64,000 nucleotides of DNA from an uncultured archaeon (GTDB taxonomy: Archaea > Asgardarchaeota > Hermodarchaeia > Hermodarchaeales > Hermodarchaeaceae). The DNA lies in assembly GCA_964347045.1 (NCBI GenBank), contig CAYFXC010000001.1, positions 96,001-160,000 of the forward strand. Direction: 5' to 3'. Position 1 is the stretch's first letter. Every line of letters starts with the position of its first letter. The notes below the pieces were generated by a model. It saw only the letters and a list, made by a program, of their open reading frames with translations, made no database searches and had not been told where the DNA came from. Position numbers and translations under genes: made by a program. Of the stretch, positions 18,643-29,122 are shown piece by piece.

Positions 18643-19248
18643 ATGGGATTGCTATCTGCAATTTCAAAAATATTGCTAACCATCTTTGGTGTTGCAATTG
18701 TTTTGCTAATAATCGATTTTCTACTTTTTCAATCACAAAACACGATCGCACTGATAACAGCAATACAAACCGCTTTTGCTGTAAATCCTCTTCTTAGTTG
18801 GGGGCCCCTCATTTTAGTAATTTCAATTGTGCTCCTTATTGGTGCGTTACTATTCTATCGACGAAGACTCTTCATTCGGCACTTAAAGATGGAACTTAAC
18901 GAGGCTGAACGATTAACTCTAATTGAACTTGCTCAAAGGCTCGATAAGACACCCGCAAAAATCGAAGTTGAATTAAACCGTATGGCTACTTCTAAAGTAA
19001 CAAGATTCCAAGGGTTGCTCATTATCTCTCAGGGTAGACATGTCTATATCGGAGAAAAACTACTAAACAAGATCATTGAGTCATATAATGAGGGTCAAAC
19101 ACGAGGCGAAATCGCAAACTCTCTTCAAATTAGTCGATCAGAGCTAGACAAGACTATTGAACTCCTTATCGAAAAAGGAGTAATTGAAGAACGTGAAGAA
19201 AAAGTCACTCGAAAAGTGCGTCCTAGCTACCGTCGCGGTACCCGGTGA
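18643..19248 (+). CDS. Membrane-anchored tandem winged-helix protein
   Basis: Two N-terminal TM helices, RRR stop-transfer, two wHTH-like units. Confidence 0.7.
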   Translation: MGLLSAISKILLTIFGVAIVLLIIDFLLFQSQNTIALITAIQTAFAVNPLLSWGPLILVISIVLLIGALLFYRRRLFIRHLKMELNEAERLTLIELAQRLDKTPAKIEVELNRMATSKVTRFQGLLIISQGRHVYIGEKLLNKIIESYNEGQTRGEIANSLQISRSELDKTIELLIEKGVIEEREEKVTRKVRPSYRRGTR

Positions 19249-19275
19249 CCCTCTCTGAAAGAGGAAGGGAAACAG

Positions 19276-20115
19276 ATGAAAAAATGGGAGTCTGCTAGTC
19301 GACCTGAAACTTCAGATAAGCTGCAATACCATATTGGGTTAAAACCTGGTGATATTGCCACCTCTGTACTATTACCTGGTGATCCAGATCGTGCAACATT
19401 AATTTCTAAAATATGGGATTCAGCCAAAGAAATGGCAAGAAAACGAAGTTACCTAACCTTCACAGGTCTTTACAAAAACATCCCAATCACAACTACATCT
19501 ACAGGAATCGGTTGTCCTGCAACTGCGATAGCCATCGAAGAGCTAGCCACAATCGGTGCGAAAACTCTAATTCGAGTCGGAAGCTCTGGGGCTATTCAAA
19601 AAGACATCAAATGCGGAGACCTAATAGTTACAACCGGAGCTGTAAGAAATGATGGCACAAGTTCTCAATACGTGATGCCACAGTATCCAGCATTTGCCAA
19701 TCATCAAGTAACACTCGCACTTATTGAAGCCGCAGAAAGCTTTGGATTCCGTTATCATGTGGGAATCACGTGCAGCACAGATAGTTTCTACACTGGTCAA
19801 GGGCGACCAGGATTCAAAAACTACTGGCAGTCATTCATGGATAATATAATTCCTGATTTGAAAGCCGCACAAGTGCTGAACTTCGAAATGGAATGCTCAA
19901 TTATTTTCACGCTGTCAAATCTTTTTGGATTACGGAGCGGTGCCGTCTGCGCAGTCTTTGCAAATCGTGAAACTGAAGAATTCGCTACTCTTGGAGAAAA
20001 AGAAGCTAGCCAAACCGCATGCGAAGCAGTCAAAATTCTTGCTGAATGGGATGAACAATTAACTAAAACGAAAACACGAAATTGGCATCCAAGCTTATTG
20101 ACTAAATCAAAGTAA
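19276..20115 (+). CDS. udp: Uridine phosphorylase
   Basis: QYHI, PGDPDR, STGIGCP, IRVGSSG, DSFYTGQ, NFEME. Confidence 0.93.
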   Translation: MKKWESASRPETSDKLQYHIGLKPGDIATSVLLPGDPDRATLISKIWDSAKEMARKRSYLTFTGLYKNIPITTTSTGIGCPATAIAIEELATIGAKTLIRVGSSGAIQKDIKCGDLIVTTGAVRNDGTSSQYVMPQYPAFANHQVTLALIEAAESFGFRYHVGITCSTDSFYTGQGRPGFKNYWQSFMDNIIPDLKAAQVLNFEMECSIIFTLSNLFGLRSGAVCAVFANRETEEFATLGEKEASQTACEAVKILAEWDEQLTKTKTRNWHPSLLTKSK

Positions 20116-20117
20116 AA

Positions 20118-20240
20118 TGGTAGCCCGGCGCGGATTCGAACCGCGGTCCCGGGGTGGCTTCACTGTTTTAGATTTACAGTTCCAAAGCCCCGGATGATTG
20201 ACCATTTTGCATCCATGGAAGGAGGCTACACTACCGGGCT
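20118..20240 (-). tRNA. tRNA-Gln(TTG) with two introns: 19 nt in D-loop (~16/17; ~20206-20224) and 26 nt at 37/38 (~20156-20181)
   Basis: AGCCCGG/CCGGGCT acceptor, CT-TTG-G, GTTCGAATC, CCA; both inserts have 4-bp helices (TGTA/TGCA; CTTT/GAAG) with 3-nt bulges. Confidence 0.92.
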
Positions 20241-20306
20241 AGACATCCTTAAAGGCGATTCTTTTCACTCGTGCTTCTTGAGTCTTTCGGCTTTTATAGA
20301 ATCTGG

Positions 20307-22037
20307 CTATTCTGCCAGCTCTTCGCGGAGAGTCAACAAGATACGATCCATTCGACTAACAGCACGATCTCGTCGTTTTTGTAAATCTTTCTGAAGCTTC
20401 TGGTATACAGAGGCAGTAATTCGCTTTTGTCGATATCGTTGCTCTAGGGCATGAAGTGCTTCAATCGAACTAACTCTTTCTGCCTCCAATAGTTCTAGTT
20501 GACGAACACTGGATTCATACTTACCGCCAGCCTCAATTAGAGGTTGACTTCGACCTGCTAATTCTCTCTCAAGAGATCGAAATCGCCTTTCGAAATTCTT
20601 CTTTTCCTTACGGTATCGCGGTTTGGAAATCTTTCCTTGAAGCATGCTTTGTTCTAACCGTTCTGTTTGGAGCATAAGGGCAATTTTCTCGCCATATAAT
20701 GCACAAAATTCACCAAGAATCGCTGGGTCTACTTCAGCAACGGCTACGATAATTTCTTCTTCTTCACGGAAGAAAGAAATCCGTCTCACTGCAACATATC
20801 CAAGGCAGATAATTCCAACAATAAGGAAAAGGAAAAAGGGTCGAACGAGAGCAGGAGAAATTGGATATACATAGAATAGGTTAACTTCACTATTACTAAT
20901 AGAAGTGACATTTGTGGCTGGAATGGTGACAAGATATTGTCCTCTTGGGGAGATGGATGTTATAGCTCCGAGGGGAATCTCTTGAAGCCATGTTCCGATA
21001 GGAAGCAAGAATTCTGTTGTCTGTCTTTGAATCCTAAATGGATATTCAAGATAAAGATCTAAGAAGAGAAATTGGCCTGTTTGAAAAACAAGTTGGTGAT
21101 ACTCGAGAGGAATTCGGTATTCTAAATAGAATGTGTAAATATCTCCTTGTTCTAAGTGGTATTGAAAGGACACGCTGATTGTTCCTGGGCCTGTAGTATT
21201 TACTGGTGTCACAATTTGACTGGATAAGTTTGTCAAAAGATCATAGGTTCGTAAGAATTCACTTCCTGGTGGTAAGACTAATTCTATTGATCGCCAGTTC
21301 TGTTCCGTATTCGCAAATTCAGGATTGATACTATCCACACGAAGAGAATGTAATTCTTGAGCAAAGAGATAACCCCATGCATCTATAGAAAACAGTCGTT
21401 TGAACTCAACGTATGTTATTAGAGGAAAGAATTCATTTGACGCAAAATCGAGAAGGACCGAATCTTCTTCAAAGGAGTATGGGTGAACATCGCTCCCTGA
21501 CCAAAATTCTTGTGTTGGGGCTGATAATGCATCATCGAAGGTTAATCTGGTTTCATATTCTTGAATGAAATACGGACTGGTTGGAACCACAGAAAAATCA
21601 ATCGTCGCAGTTGCACTAGTTTGGGAAGTTAAACCTTCAACCGACATCTGAGCAACAAAGGTTGTTTCTTCATATGCCATTATGGGGTCTGGCAGAAAAA
21701 CCTGCCATCCTGAACAATTAGATCCAATGAGTGGGACTCTTTGAAAGAAAAGTTCTGTTCCGTTAGTGGTTTTAGCACGAAACTCCTTAACACTATCAGA
21801 TTCAGAAAGGGGATATGCCGTAAATACAGAAAAGGTAGGTTCGGGACCAGGGTTGTAAACAGTGATTGTATCTGTGAAGAGTACCATTCCGTAGGTTTCG
21901 TAGTGGACATTACGTTGTACATCTGTAATTACTAACTGTGTGTTTTCTCCATATACAGGTAGTCCAAGTGCAAATACCATGGGCAAAAAAATGAGCACAA
22001 GTAGGAGCACGACTCTAGTCTTCACAGAGACACACAC
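20307..22037 (-). CDS. Ribophorin I / OST1-like oligosaccharyltransferase subunit
   Basis: Signal peptide; two luminal repeats (VQRNVHYETYG; FKRLFSIDAWGYLFAQE), single TM and helical cytoplasmic tail. Confidence 0.7.
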   Translation of the reverse strand: MCVSVKTRVVLLLVLIFLPMVFALGLPVYGENTQLVITDVQRNVHYETYGMVLFTDTITVYNPGPEPTFSVFTAYPLSESDSVKEFRAKTTNGTELFFQRVPLIGSNCSGWQVFLPDPIMAYEETTFVAQMSVEGLTSQTSATATIDFSVVPTSPYFIQEYETRLTFDDALSAPTQEFWSGSDVHPYSFEEDSVLLDFASNEFFPLITYVEFKRLFSIDAWGYLFAQELHSLRVDSINPEFANTEQNWRSIELVLPPGSEFLRTYDLLTNLSSQIVTPVNTTGPGTISVSFQYHLEQGDIYTFYLEYRIPLEYHQLVFQTGQFLFLDLYLEYPFRIQRQTTEFLLPIGTWLQEIPLGAITSISPRGQYLVTIPATNVTSISNSEVNLFYVYPISPALVRPFFLFLIVGIICLGYVAVRRISFFREEEEIIVAVAEVDPAILGEFCALYGEKIALMLQTERLEQSMLQGKISKPRYRKEKKNFERRFRSLERELAGRSQPLIEAGGKYESSVRQLELLEAERVSSIEALHALEQRYRQKRITASVYQKLQKDLQKRRDRAVSRMDRILLTLREELAE

Positions 22038-22224
22038 CGATATCGGGTTTCGATTTGTCGATTCCTTTCACGTATTTAACTTTGTCGTTGAGTGCCTAGT
22101 CTTCTGGTGATGGGTGAATCATTAAAATTCACATCGAATCCTCTATTGCAAGGGTAATTTCAAACTGGTTTTTTGTTATGAAAAAGTGCTGGGTGTTTTC
22201 CTCTAAAGAAAAACCTAGCGTGTT

Positions 22225-22992
22225 CTATTCTAAGGGTTTCTTCCATGTATCGGGAACATCATCATGTTTTCTTGCTGGTACACCGTAAACAATTGCTTTT
22301 GGAGGTACATCCTTAGTTACTACAGCTCCTGCTCCGATAATTGCTTCAGCGCCAACTTCAATATTTGGCATAATTACAGCACCCGCTCCTACGCTTACGC
22401 CTTCACGTAAAATCGGACCTTTCAGTTCATATGGATATCGCATAGCATATTTATCGTTTGTAAGAATGCAATTTGGGCCTAGGAAAACATGATCCTCAAT
22501 CTGTGTATTCCACGGAATATACACATTCGATTGAATTGACACCTTATTCCCAATAGCACACTTACCATCAATGATAACACCTGTTCCCACAGTAGTATTA
22601 TCACCAACTTTTACTTGCTCACGAACCAACACATTATGTCCCATACGAACATTGTTGCCCAACTGAGAACCTGCATAAATTACTGATCCAGATCGAATGA
22701 TACATTCATCACCAATTCTTGTTGATTCCAGTTTTATCCAGGGAGCCTGAATTCTACCTTTTTGAAACTGCTTGACTAATTGTTGACTGGGAAAACCAAT
22801 TGTGGTTTTTTCTCCAAAAAATACATGATTTCCGATTAAGGCAGGTCCTTGAACAAGGCAACTGGGTCCAAAATAACAACCTTCACCACTTTGCACTTTT
22901 CCTCTAATTAGAACGAAAGCTTCTACTAGGCAATCTTTTCCAAGGTTAGTTTCACCTTCAACAATTGCACTAGAATGAATTCTTCCTTTCAA
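22225..22992 (-). CDS. Hexapeptide-repeat N-acetyltransferase (WbpD-like)
   Basis: LbH repeats, FLGPNCILTND, GAGAVVTKDVP, YGVPAR. Confidence 0.88.
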   Translation of the reverse strand: MKGRIHSSAIVEGETNLGKDCLVEAFVLIRGKVQSGEGCYFGPSCLVQGPALIGNHVFFGEKTTIGFPSQQLVKQFQKGRIQAPWIKLESTRIGDECIIRSGSVIYAGSQLGNNVRMGHNVLVREQVKVGDNTTVGTGVIIDGKCAIGNKVSIQSNVYIPWNTQIEDHVFLGPNCILTNDKYAMRYPYELKGPILREGVSVGAGAVIMPNIEVGAEAIIGAGAVVTKDVPPKAIVYGVPARKHDDVPDTWKKPLE

Positions 22993-23960
22993 CTAGCCCT
23001 ATACTCCTCAAGGTAAATTATCCGTTTATTTCGTGCGCTTTCGAGAGCCGCTTCAGCAATTCTTAGAGCCTCCAAACCATCAATTCCCGAAGTTAACGGA
23101 GTTTGTTTTTCTAAAATGCTTTTTACAAAATGCGTAAGCTCTAGTTTAAGTGGTTCGTCCCATTTTGAAGTTGATTTTTGTTCCCATTGATTGGTTCCAA
23201 TTGTGACTTTTTGAGAAATGTAATCTAATGCCATAACACCTTTAGAACCAGTGATGTTTAATCCTCGAAGTTTGTGAGGCGTCAACCAATTGCATTCAAG
23301 GAAAAACGTCGGCTTATCATTAAAACGAAGTACAATGTTGGCATGATCTTCATACTTATGATAAAGACTCCCGGCAATAGCATACACCGAAGTCGCTTCC
23401 TGTTTAACTAGGTGACGTGCGATATCGATGTCGTGAATCGCCATGTCTTTAATTATTCCAATATCCGCAACTCGACCAGGTACAAAAGGGCCTAGTCTTC
23501 GAGCAGATCCTAAAACCAATTCACCCATTTTGCCTTGATCAATAACCTGTGAGGCTGTATATACAGATGGATTAAAACGTTCTACAAACCCAACCATTAG
23601 AAGCACATTAGCCGCCTTCGCAGCATCGATTACCCTCTGAGCTTGTTGAACGGTATCTGTCATTGGTTTCTCAATTAACAGGTGTTTTCCTGAGATAATT
23701 ACCTCCAAGGCAAGGTCCGCATGTGTAACTGTTGGGGTGCAAATAGTTACTGCATCAATGTCATCGCTTTGTAATAGCTTGTCTGTTCGTGTGTAGTGAG
23801 TTGCGTTGTATTGTTTAGCCAATGCTTTGGCACGATTTTGGTCACGATCTGCAACAGCAACCATATTAACGTCTTCTAGTTCAGAGAAGACGCGAACATG
23901 ATTTTTGCCCCAGGCACCGACTCCTATTACGCCAACGCTTAGAGGGCTCATGGTTTTCAC
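22989..23960 (-). CDS. Gfo/Idh/MocA oxidoreductase (WbpB/UDP-GlcNAc 3-dehydrogenase-like)
   Basis: GVIGVGAWG, EKP, VERFNP, DMAIHDID. Confidence 0.88.
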   Translation of the reverse strand: MKTMSPLSVGVIGVGAWGKNHVRVFSELEDVNMVAVADRDQNRAKALAKQYNATHYTRTDKLLQSDDIDAVTICTPTVTHADLALEVIISGKHLLIEKPMTDTVQQAQRVIDAAKAANVLLMVGFVERFNPSVYTASQVIDQGKMGELVLGSARRLGPFVPGRVADIGIIKDMAIHDIDIARHLVKQEATSVYAIAGSLYHKYEDHANIVLRFNDKPTFFLECNWLTPHKLRGLNITGSKGVMALDYISQKVTIGTNQWEQKSTSKWDEPLKLELTHFVKSILEKQTPLTSGIDGLEALRIAEAALESARNKRIIYLEEYRAS

Positions 23961-24057
23961 CTAACGCTAGAGAACCGAATATACCCTAAAAAGTTACCGA
24001 TATTACGTTTAAACCAGTTTATTCGAAACGATAATTTAGGAGAATTCCAACTGGAAT

Positions 24058-24888
24058 ATGATAATTATGTCTCTCTCTAAACCAGCAGAAAAGCTTCGTC
24101 AACTAGGGCTCACAGAGTACGAAACACAAGCGTATCTAGTTCTTGTTCAGGGAACACAGATGAGTGCTGAAGAAGTGTCCCGAAATGCAAATATTCCAAT
24201 TCCCCGGGTTTATGGGGTTTTAGAAAGTCTTAGGGATTTGGGTTTAATTGTGATAATTGAGGGACGACCCAAAAAATTCGAAATCATTAGCCCAGAAGAA
24301 GGTTTACAGAATCTACTCAAACTCAGAAAACGTGCCGCGGAGGATTCATTGCGTCAACTTGAAGGAACGAGCCAAGAGGTTAAGGAGGTTCTTTCACCAA
24401 TTTTTTGGCGCGAGAGACTCCGAATAAAACCTGAGGATCTCCTTGAATCTCTAGAAAATTTGGCTTTAGCAGAAAAGCAAACGAAAAAATTAATCACAGA
24501 AGCGCAAAAAACACTCGACATTTTTACCGACGTCTTTAGTTGGTTTGATGGAGTTGAGGAGGAATTAGCAAATGCCTTAGCGCGAGGTGTCAAAATTCGG
24601 GTTCTTATGAATGTGGAACACCCCATCACCCATCAAATCGTCCAGGCACTCAAATCCATGAAGATAAGTGTTCGCCAACCATCTGATTTGAAATTTCCAG
24701 TGAGAGGTACACTTGCTGATTCGTCGAAAGTAGTTTTTCTTATTTGGGCGTCTCCTGAGAGAAATCGTGGGCATCCGCGATATGTGTATCGACCAAGCTT
24801 TTCAGCTAATGAAGGGATTGTGGCAATATTTCAACAAAGCTTCGAATATCGTTGGCAAAAAAGTAAAACTAAGAGCTTGTCTGAGTAA
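24058..24888 (+). CDS. TrmB family transcriptional regulator
   Basis: LGLTEYETQAY...IPRVYGVLESL...GRPKKF; PLD-like C-terminal domain. Confidence 0.9.
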   Translation: MIIMSLSKPAEKLRQLGLTEYETQAYLVLVQGTQMSAEEVSRNANIPIPRVYGVLESLRDLGLIVIIEGRPKKFEIISPEEGLQNLLKLRKRAAEDSLRQLEGTSQEVKEVLSPIFWRERLRIKPEDLLESLENLALAEKQTKKLITEAQKTLDIFTDVFSWFDGVEEELANALARGVKIRVLMNVEHPITHQIVQALKSMKISVRQPSDLKFPVRGTLADSSKVVFLIWASPERNRGHPRYVYRPSFSANEGIVAIFQQSFEYRWQKSKTKSLSE

Positions 24889-26269
24889 CCAGCGATGAAT
24901 TTCTCATTTCAAATCGGAAATACAACCGGGTTGAAAAGTGCCAAAGAGTTAACCAACCAAATACGAAAAAGATACCAACAACAGGCCACCAAAAACTCTG
25001 ATAATAAGAGATCAAATAATCTAGCAAAGCAAATCCTGCCATTCCCAGTCCCCAAACACCAATCATAATTGCGATTAGTCCGGTTAAACGGATACCAAGA
25101 TGATCTTTCTTTCTGAGCACTAAATATACACCCAAAACCAGAAAAAGTGGGACTATCACTAGGAATAGTGAAAATGGCCAAAAGATTATCACGCCGGGAA
25201 AAAAGGGAATAAGAAAGACGGTTAAAATTGCAAGAATACTACTTGCTAGTGTTAAGGTAGCTAATGATAAAGTGATGAGCTGTTCAGTTAAAGGACCTCT
25301 TGCAACGACAAGGCGAGTCAGCGTGATTGGAGCATTCTGATCAGTTGATGCAGCAAGTGTTCCATCATCTTGAAACACTGTTGGACGAGCTCTCATCTGG
25401 CGTCTTTCTAATAAACCCCCAATACTAACCAAGCTATAAAACGCATTCATTATTGCAGGTAAAAGTGCAATAATGGCCATGATTTCAAGGCGTCCCATTA
25501 TCGCAACGGCACCAATAGATGCACCCACTAAGAGTGACCCCGTATCTCCTGCAAAGACTTTAGCGGGGTTCCGATTGTAATAATAGTACGCAAGAAGGGC
25601 TCCAATCATAACACTGCTAAATAAAAGACCTAATCCTGCTTCTGGAATCCCAATGCTCATCATAAATAATGATACAATCAAAAGTGCAACAAACATAATA
25701 AGCGTAGTCAGTGGCATCACACCGTTAAAGACATCAGACATGTTCACCGCGTTTGATGTAATTGCTATGGCGAGGGGAATGAGAATCAAAGGATAAACAA
25801 TTGTCAAGCGAGTTGCACCTAAAAAGGGTAAATATGGAGCAGGAATATAGGTCGGCAGAAAGGGAGGAATTAGACTCAAAGAGATCAGGGTCCAAGTATA
25901 GAAGAGGATTGGAAGACAAGCCAACGCTGTTAGGAGGGGCTTAACTTTTGGTCCAAGTGATTTCAAGTCATCAATTGCTCCAATTCCACCAGCAATAAGA
26001 AGAACTACAAGAAATATCAATATTCGGAAATCAAAAAATCCTATCCCAATTAATCCCGAGCCAAGAAACAGTACAAGACATGCCACAGTCACACCTAGGA
26101 GGATTCCCACCCCTCCCATTTCAGCGACTTCAGGTTTGTCTAATTTATGCACGTCAATTCCAACGATACCTCGTCGTTTCATGGATTTAATGATATATGG
26201 CATAATCAGGAACGTCACAATGAAAGCTACTAAAAGCCCTGTAAGTGCCAGATAAAGAATTAGCGTCAC
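24869..26269 (-). CDS. aglH: UDP-GlcNAc:dolichyl-phosphate GlcNAc-1-P transferase (AglH/Alg7, MraY-like GT4)
   Basis: GIDVHK...VAEMGG, IDD, NAVNM.D.FNG, VFAGDTG; multiple TM helices. Confidence 0.85.
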   Translation of the reverse strand: MTLILYLALTGLLVAFIVTFLIMPYIIKSMKRRGIVGIDVHKLDKPEVAEMGGVGILLGVTVACLVLFLGSGLIGIGFFDFRILIFLVVLLIAGGIGAIDDLKSLGPKVKPLLTALACLPILFYTWTLISLSLIPPFLPTYIPAPYLPFLGATRLTIVYPLILIPLAIAITSNAVNMSDVFNGVMPLTTLIMFVALLIVSLFMMSIGIPEAGLGLLFSSVMIGALLAYYYYNRNPAKVFAGDTGSLLVGASIGAVAIMGRLEIMAIIALLPAIMNAFYSLVSIGGLLERRQMRARPTVFQDDGTLAASTDQNAPITLTRLVVARGPLTEQLITLSLATLTLASSILAILTVFLIPFFPGVIIFWPFSLFLVIVPLFLVLGVYLVLRKKDHLGIRLTGLIAIMIGVWGLGMAGFALLDYLISYYQSFWWPVVGIFFVFGWLTLWHFSTRLYFRFEMRNSSLVTQTSS

Positions 26270-26385
26270 TGTTCATTAGCCTCTGAGATTATTAAAGATT
26301 AATCTGAGTCCAATTCAACAGCTACTTAAAAAGTCATTTGTACACTTCTCCAAAGGGGGGTAGAAATTAAATACAGCGTATCAAG

Positions 26386-28605
26386 ATGCAGTGTATCAAG
26401 GGAGGAAACTGTTTGCCAGAGCTTAATAGACTCGACCAAATACCAGGTGTTGGACCACGCCTCATACAGAAACTAGTAGATGTGTTTGGATCAGAAGATG
26501 CAGCCCTAAACATTATAACTAATGCACAGATTGCCACACTTGCTGGTATTCCAGGAGTGGGAAAGAAAAAAGCTCTAGATATCGTACAAGAAGCTTACGC
26601 TCTCCGGGAAGGGATTAGTGCATTTGAGGTATTGAAAACCGAAGATATTCAAGAGATTTACAGAAGAATTCTAACAATTATTCAATCCTATGCAAATAGC
26701 CAATTTGCTAAAGACAAATTATCTCTCTACTATCCATTACCTTCAACAAAAATCGCCATTATAAATCAGCGTTTAAAATGGTTTCAACAAGCAGAGGAAC
26801 TTGTGAAAAAGTGTTCCCAAAATCAACTCACTACCTTAGGAGCACTTCTTTCTAATGCTCGACCATTAAGACGCGGAACCAACCTTTCATTAGCAACTTG
26901 GAGGGTGATTCTAACTGATAACGATGCTGCATATCTACAAATGAAGCAATACAGTGCTGACAAAACTTCCAGAATTATTCAACTAAAACCGGGTGAACAA
27001 CTAGATGAGTATCTACAATCATACGATTATGTGATTGCATCACTTGAAATGGGTGGCATTAGTAGAGCTGTGGAAAATGCGGCAAACCTTGATTTACTTA
27101 AAAGCGAATTTACAATGGCAGATGTTTCACCTGAATCGATAATCTCTTTTTACGCCACCAACCATGAAACCATTTTGGCTATTTGTGCAGCTGCGGAAGC
27201 CATGGCTAAACTCCCGTCTACACCTGCCCTTCAAAGATTTATTGAGAAAATTGATCTTACATCCCTCAATAACCTAGTGGAGATAGTTGGAAAAATTACG
27301 AGTTCAGGAGACATCTCTGTTGGCGCAGATGCTGAATATGATCGTTTACGATCTGCATCACAGAAATTTGAAACAAAACTAAGTGAAACTGAAATTTGGG
27401 CCAATGATAAGATTCGTGATGAAATATCAAGTAGTCAGGTTGTGCTTGAAGGGGATCAAATAATCAACATTTTAGAAGCCACAACCTCTGAAGCTATTGG
27501 TGCAGAACAACTTCGCCAATATCTTCCACCTCAAGTTTTCGAAATTCTGGTTAATGCCTTACAGGAATCAGAAGATCAATTGGCAAAGACACTGCAACTT
27601 AAACGCAATGAACTCGAGTGGGTTGATGGTATCTTTTCACAGAGTGTTGCATTACCAATTCAGGCGAATCGCCAGCAAGCAAGTAACTTACAGAACAATC
27701 TACGAAAAGCGATGCATTCACGTGAACATAAATTAAAAACTGAAATTGCCATGAAACTAAGTAAATTCGAACACCCAATCAAGGATGCCGTACAAACATT
27801 ATTAGATTTTGATGTTTTTCAAGCCCTAGGTCAATTTTCTCGAGACTATAAACTCTCAGTTCCTTTAATTAATCCTAACGGCGTAGGGATTGCGTTTCAA
27901 GAGGGTCGTAATATCTTCTTAACGCATCAGGCTATTGAAGAAAAGCTCGAAGTTGAACCTGTCTCATATGCGATTGGAGAAAACGGTTGGGCACCTGAAG
28001 CCACTAGAGGAGAACGGGTTGTCCTCCTTTCAGGAGCAAACAGTGGTGGAAAAAGTTGCCTACTTCAAAATGTCGTGCAAGTAGCAATTCTCGCTCAAAT
28101 GGGAATGTTAGTACCAGCAGTAAAAGCGGAGGTTGGTATTTTCGATGAACTATATTATTATGCGAAAGCAACTGGAATGCTCTCTGCTGGGGCATTTGAA
28201 TCTTCGTTGAACAATCTTGCAAATATCGTCCTTAGTGATGCATCAAAACTTGCTTGCTTCGATGAATGGGAAGCAAGTACCGAACCCGGAGCCGCTGCAA
28301 AAGTAGTCGCTGCTGTTCTCGAACTCTTCTCAGAAAATCCTAATTCCTGTGTAATTTTTGTCTCACATTTAGCCGGAGACATTACAAAATTAGCTCGCGT
28401 TCCGATACGCGTTGATGGTATCGAAGCTACAGGATTAGATCCAAAACTCAATTTAATAGTGAACCGCTCACCTCAATTCGGTAAAATCGCGAAATCAACA
28501 CCTGAGCTCATTGTCGAAAGACTCTATCGATCTGCCAAAGATCAAAAACAAAGAATCTTTCATCGCATCCTTGAACTCGTCAGAGGATCCGGTACTAGCA
28601 ATTAA
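26386..28605 (+). CDS. MutS-family ATPase with N-terminal HhH (archaeal MutS5-like)
   Basis: IPGVG HhH x2; SGANSGGKS, LAQMG, AGAFE, FDEWEASTEPG, SH. Confidence 0.85.
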   Translation: MQCIKGGNCLPELNRLDQIPGVGPRLIQKLVDVFGSEDAALNIITNAQIATLAGIPGVGKKKALDIVQEAYALREGISAFEVLKTEDIQEIYRRILTIIQSYANSQFAKDKLSLYYPLPSTKIAIINQRLKWFQQAEELVKKCSQNQLTTLGALLSNARPLRRGTNLSLATWRVILTDNDAAYLQMKQYSADKTSRIIQLKPGEQLDEYLQSYDYVIASLEMGGISRAVENAANLDLLKSEFTMADVSPESIISFYATNHETILAICAAAEAMAKLPSTPALQRFIEKIDLTSLNNLVEIVGKITSSGDISVGADAEYDRLRSASQKFETKLSETEIWANDKIRDEISSSQVVLEGDQIINILEATTSEAIGAEQLRQYLPPQVFEILVNALQESEDQLAKTLQLKRNELEWVDGIFSQSVALPIQANRQQASNLQNNLRKAMHSREHKLKTEIAMKLSKFEHPIKDAVQTLLDFDVFQALGQFSRDYKLSVPLINPNGVGIAFQEGRNIFLTHQAIEEKLEVEPVSYAIGENGWAPEATRGERVVLLSGANSGGKSCLLQNVVQVAILAQMGMLVPAVKAEVGIFDELYYYAKATGMLSAGAFESSLNNLANIVLSDASKLACFDEWEASTEPGAAAKVVAAVLELFSENPNSCVIFVSHLAGDITKLARVPIRVDGIEATGLDPKLNLIVNRSPQFGKIAKSTPELIVERLYRSAKDQKQRIFHRILELVRGSGTSN

Positions 28606-29107
28606 GAGACTTTAATCGATTTACTCCATCGATTTCATCAATAAATTCAGCAATTATTTCAGGTACTAACGATTTCCAATCCTTATCTAAGAGCATCCTC
28701 CGGCGAATCTCACTACCAGAATGAGTTTTCTTTTTGAATGGTGAGATTTTTTCAACAGGGATATTCTTATTTGAAAAGAGGGCTGCACCGGTTTTTGAAC
28801 CAGTGTAAACAATTCCAAAGGATGGCACATACCGTTTAACATGATCTACCCAAAGAATGAAATTGTGCACATCTGGGACTGGAATTATCAAATATCTATT
28901 GCAAGGAACATCCAGTTCTTCAAGAACGAGTTGAATCATGGTAATGCGTTCTGCAGTAGTAAATGGGTTTTTGGGTGTAAATCCAGCTTGGGCACTTCCT
29001 ATGGCAATAAACACATGCTCTTCCTGCGAAAGAATTTCTTTCAAAGCGTGTAAATGACCATTGTGGAATGGTTGAAATCTTCCAATGAAAAGGCCAGGCT
29101 GTCTCAT
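28595..29107 (-). CDS. nadM: Nicotinamide-nucleotide adenylyltransferase
   Basis: GRFQPFHNGH, IGSAQ, NPFT, SGSEIR. Confidence 0.93.
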   Translation of the reverse strand: MRQPGLFIGRFQPFHNGHLHALKEILSQEEHVFIAIGSAQAGFTPKNPFTTAERITMIQLVLEELDVPCNRYLIIPVPDVHNFILWVDHVKRYVPSFGIVYTGSKTGAALFSNKNIPVEKISPFKKKTHSGSEIRRRMLLDKDWKSLVPEIIAEFIDEIDGVNRLKSLNC

Positions 29108-29122
29108 ATGTATTCACCAAGT

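Noticed and set aside
20194-20394. 66-aa ORF
   Set aside because: Overlaps tRNA-Gln and the ribophorin gene on the opposite strand
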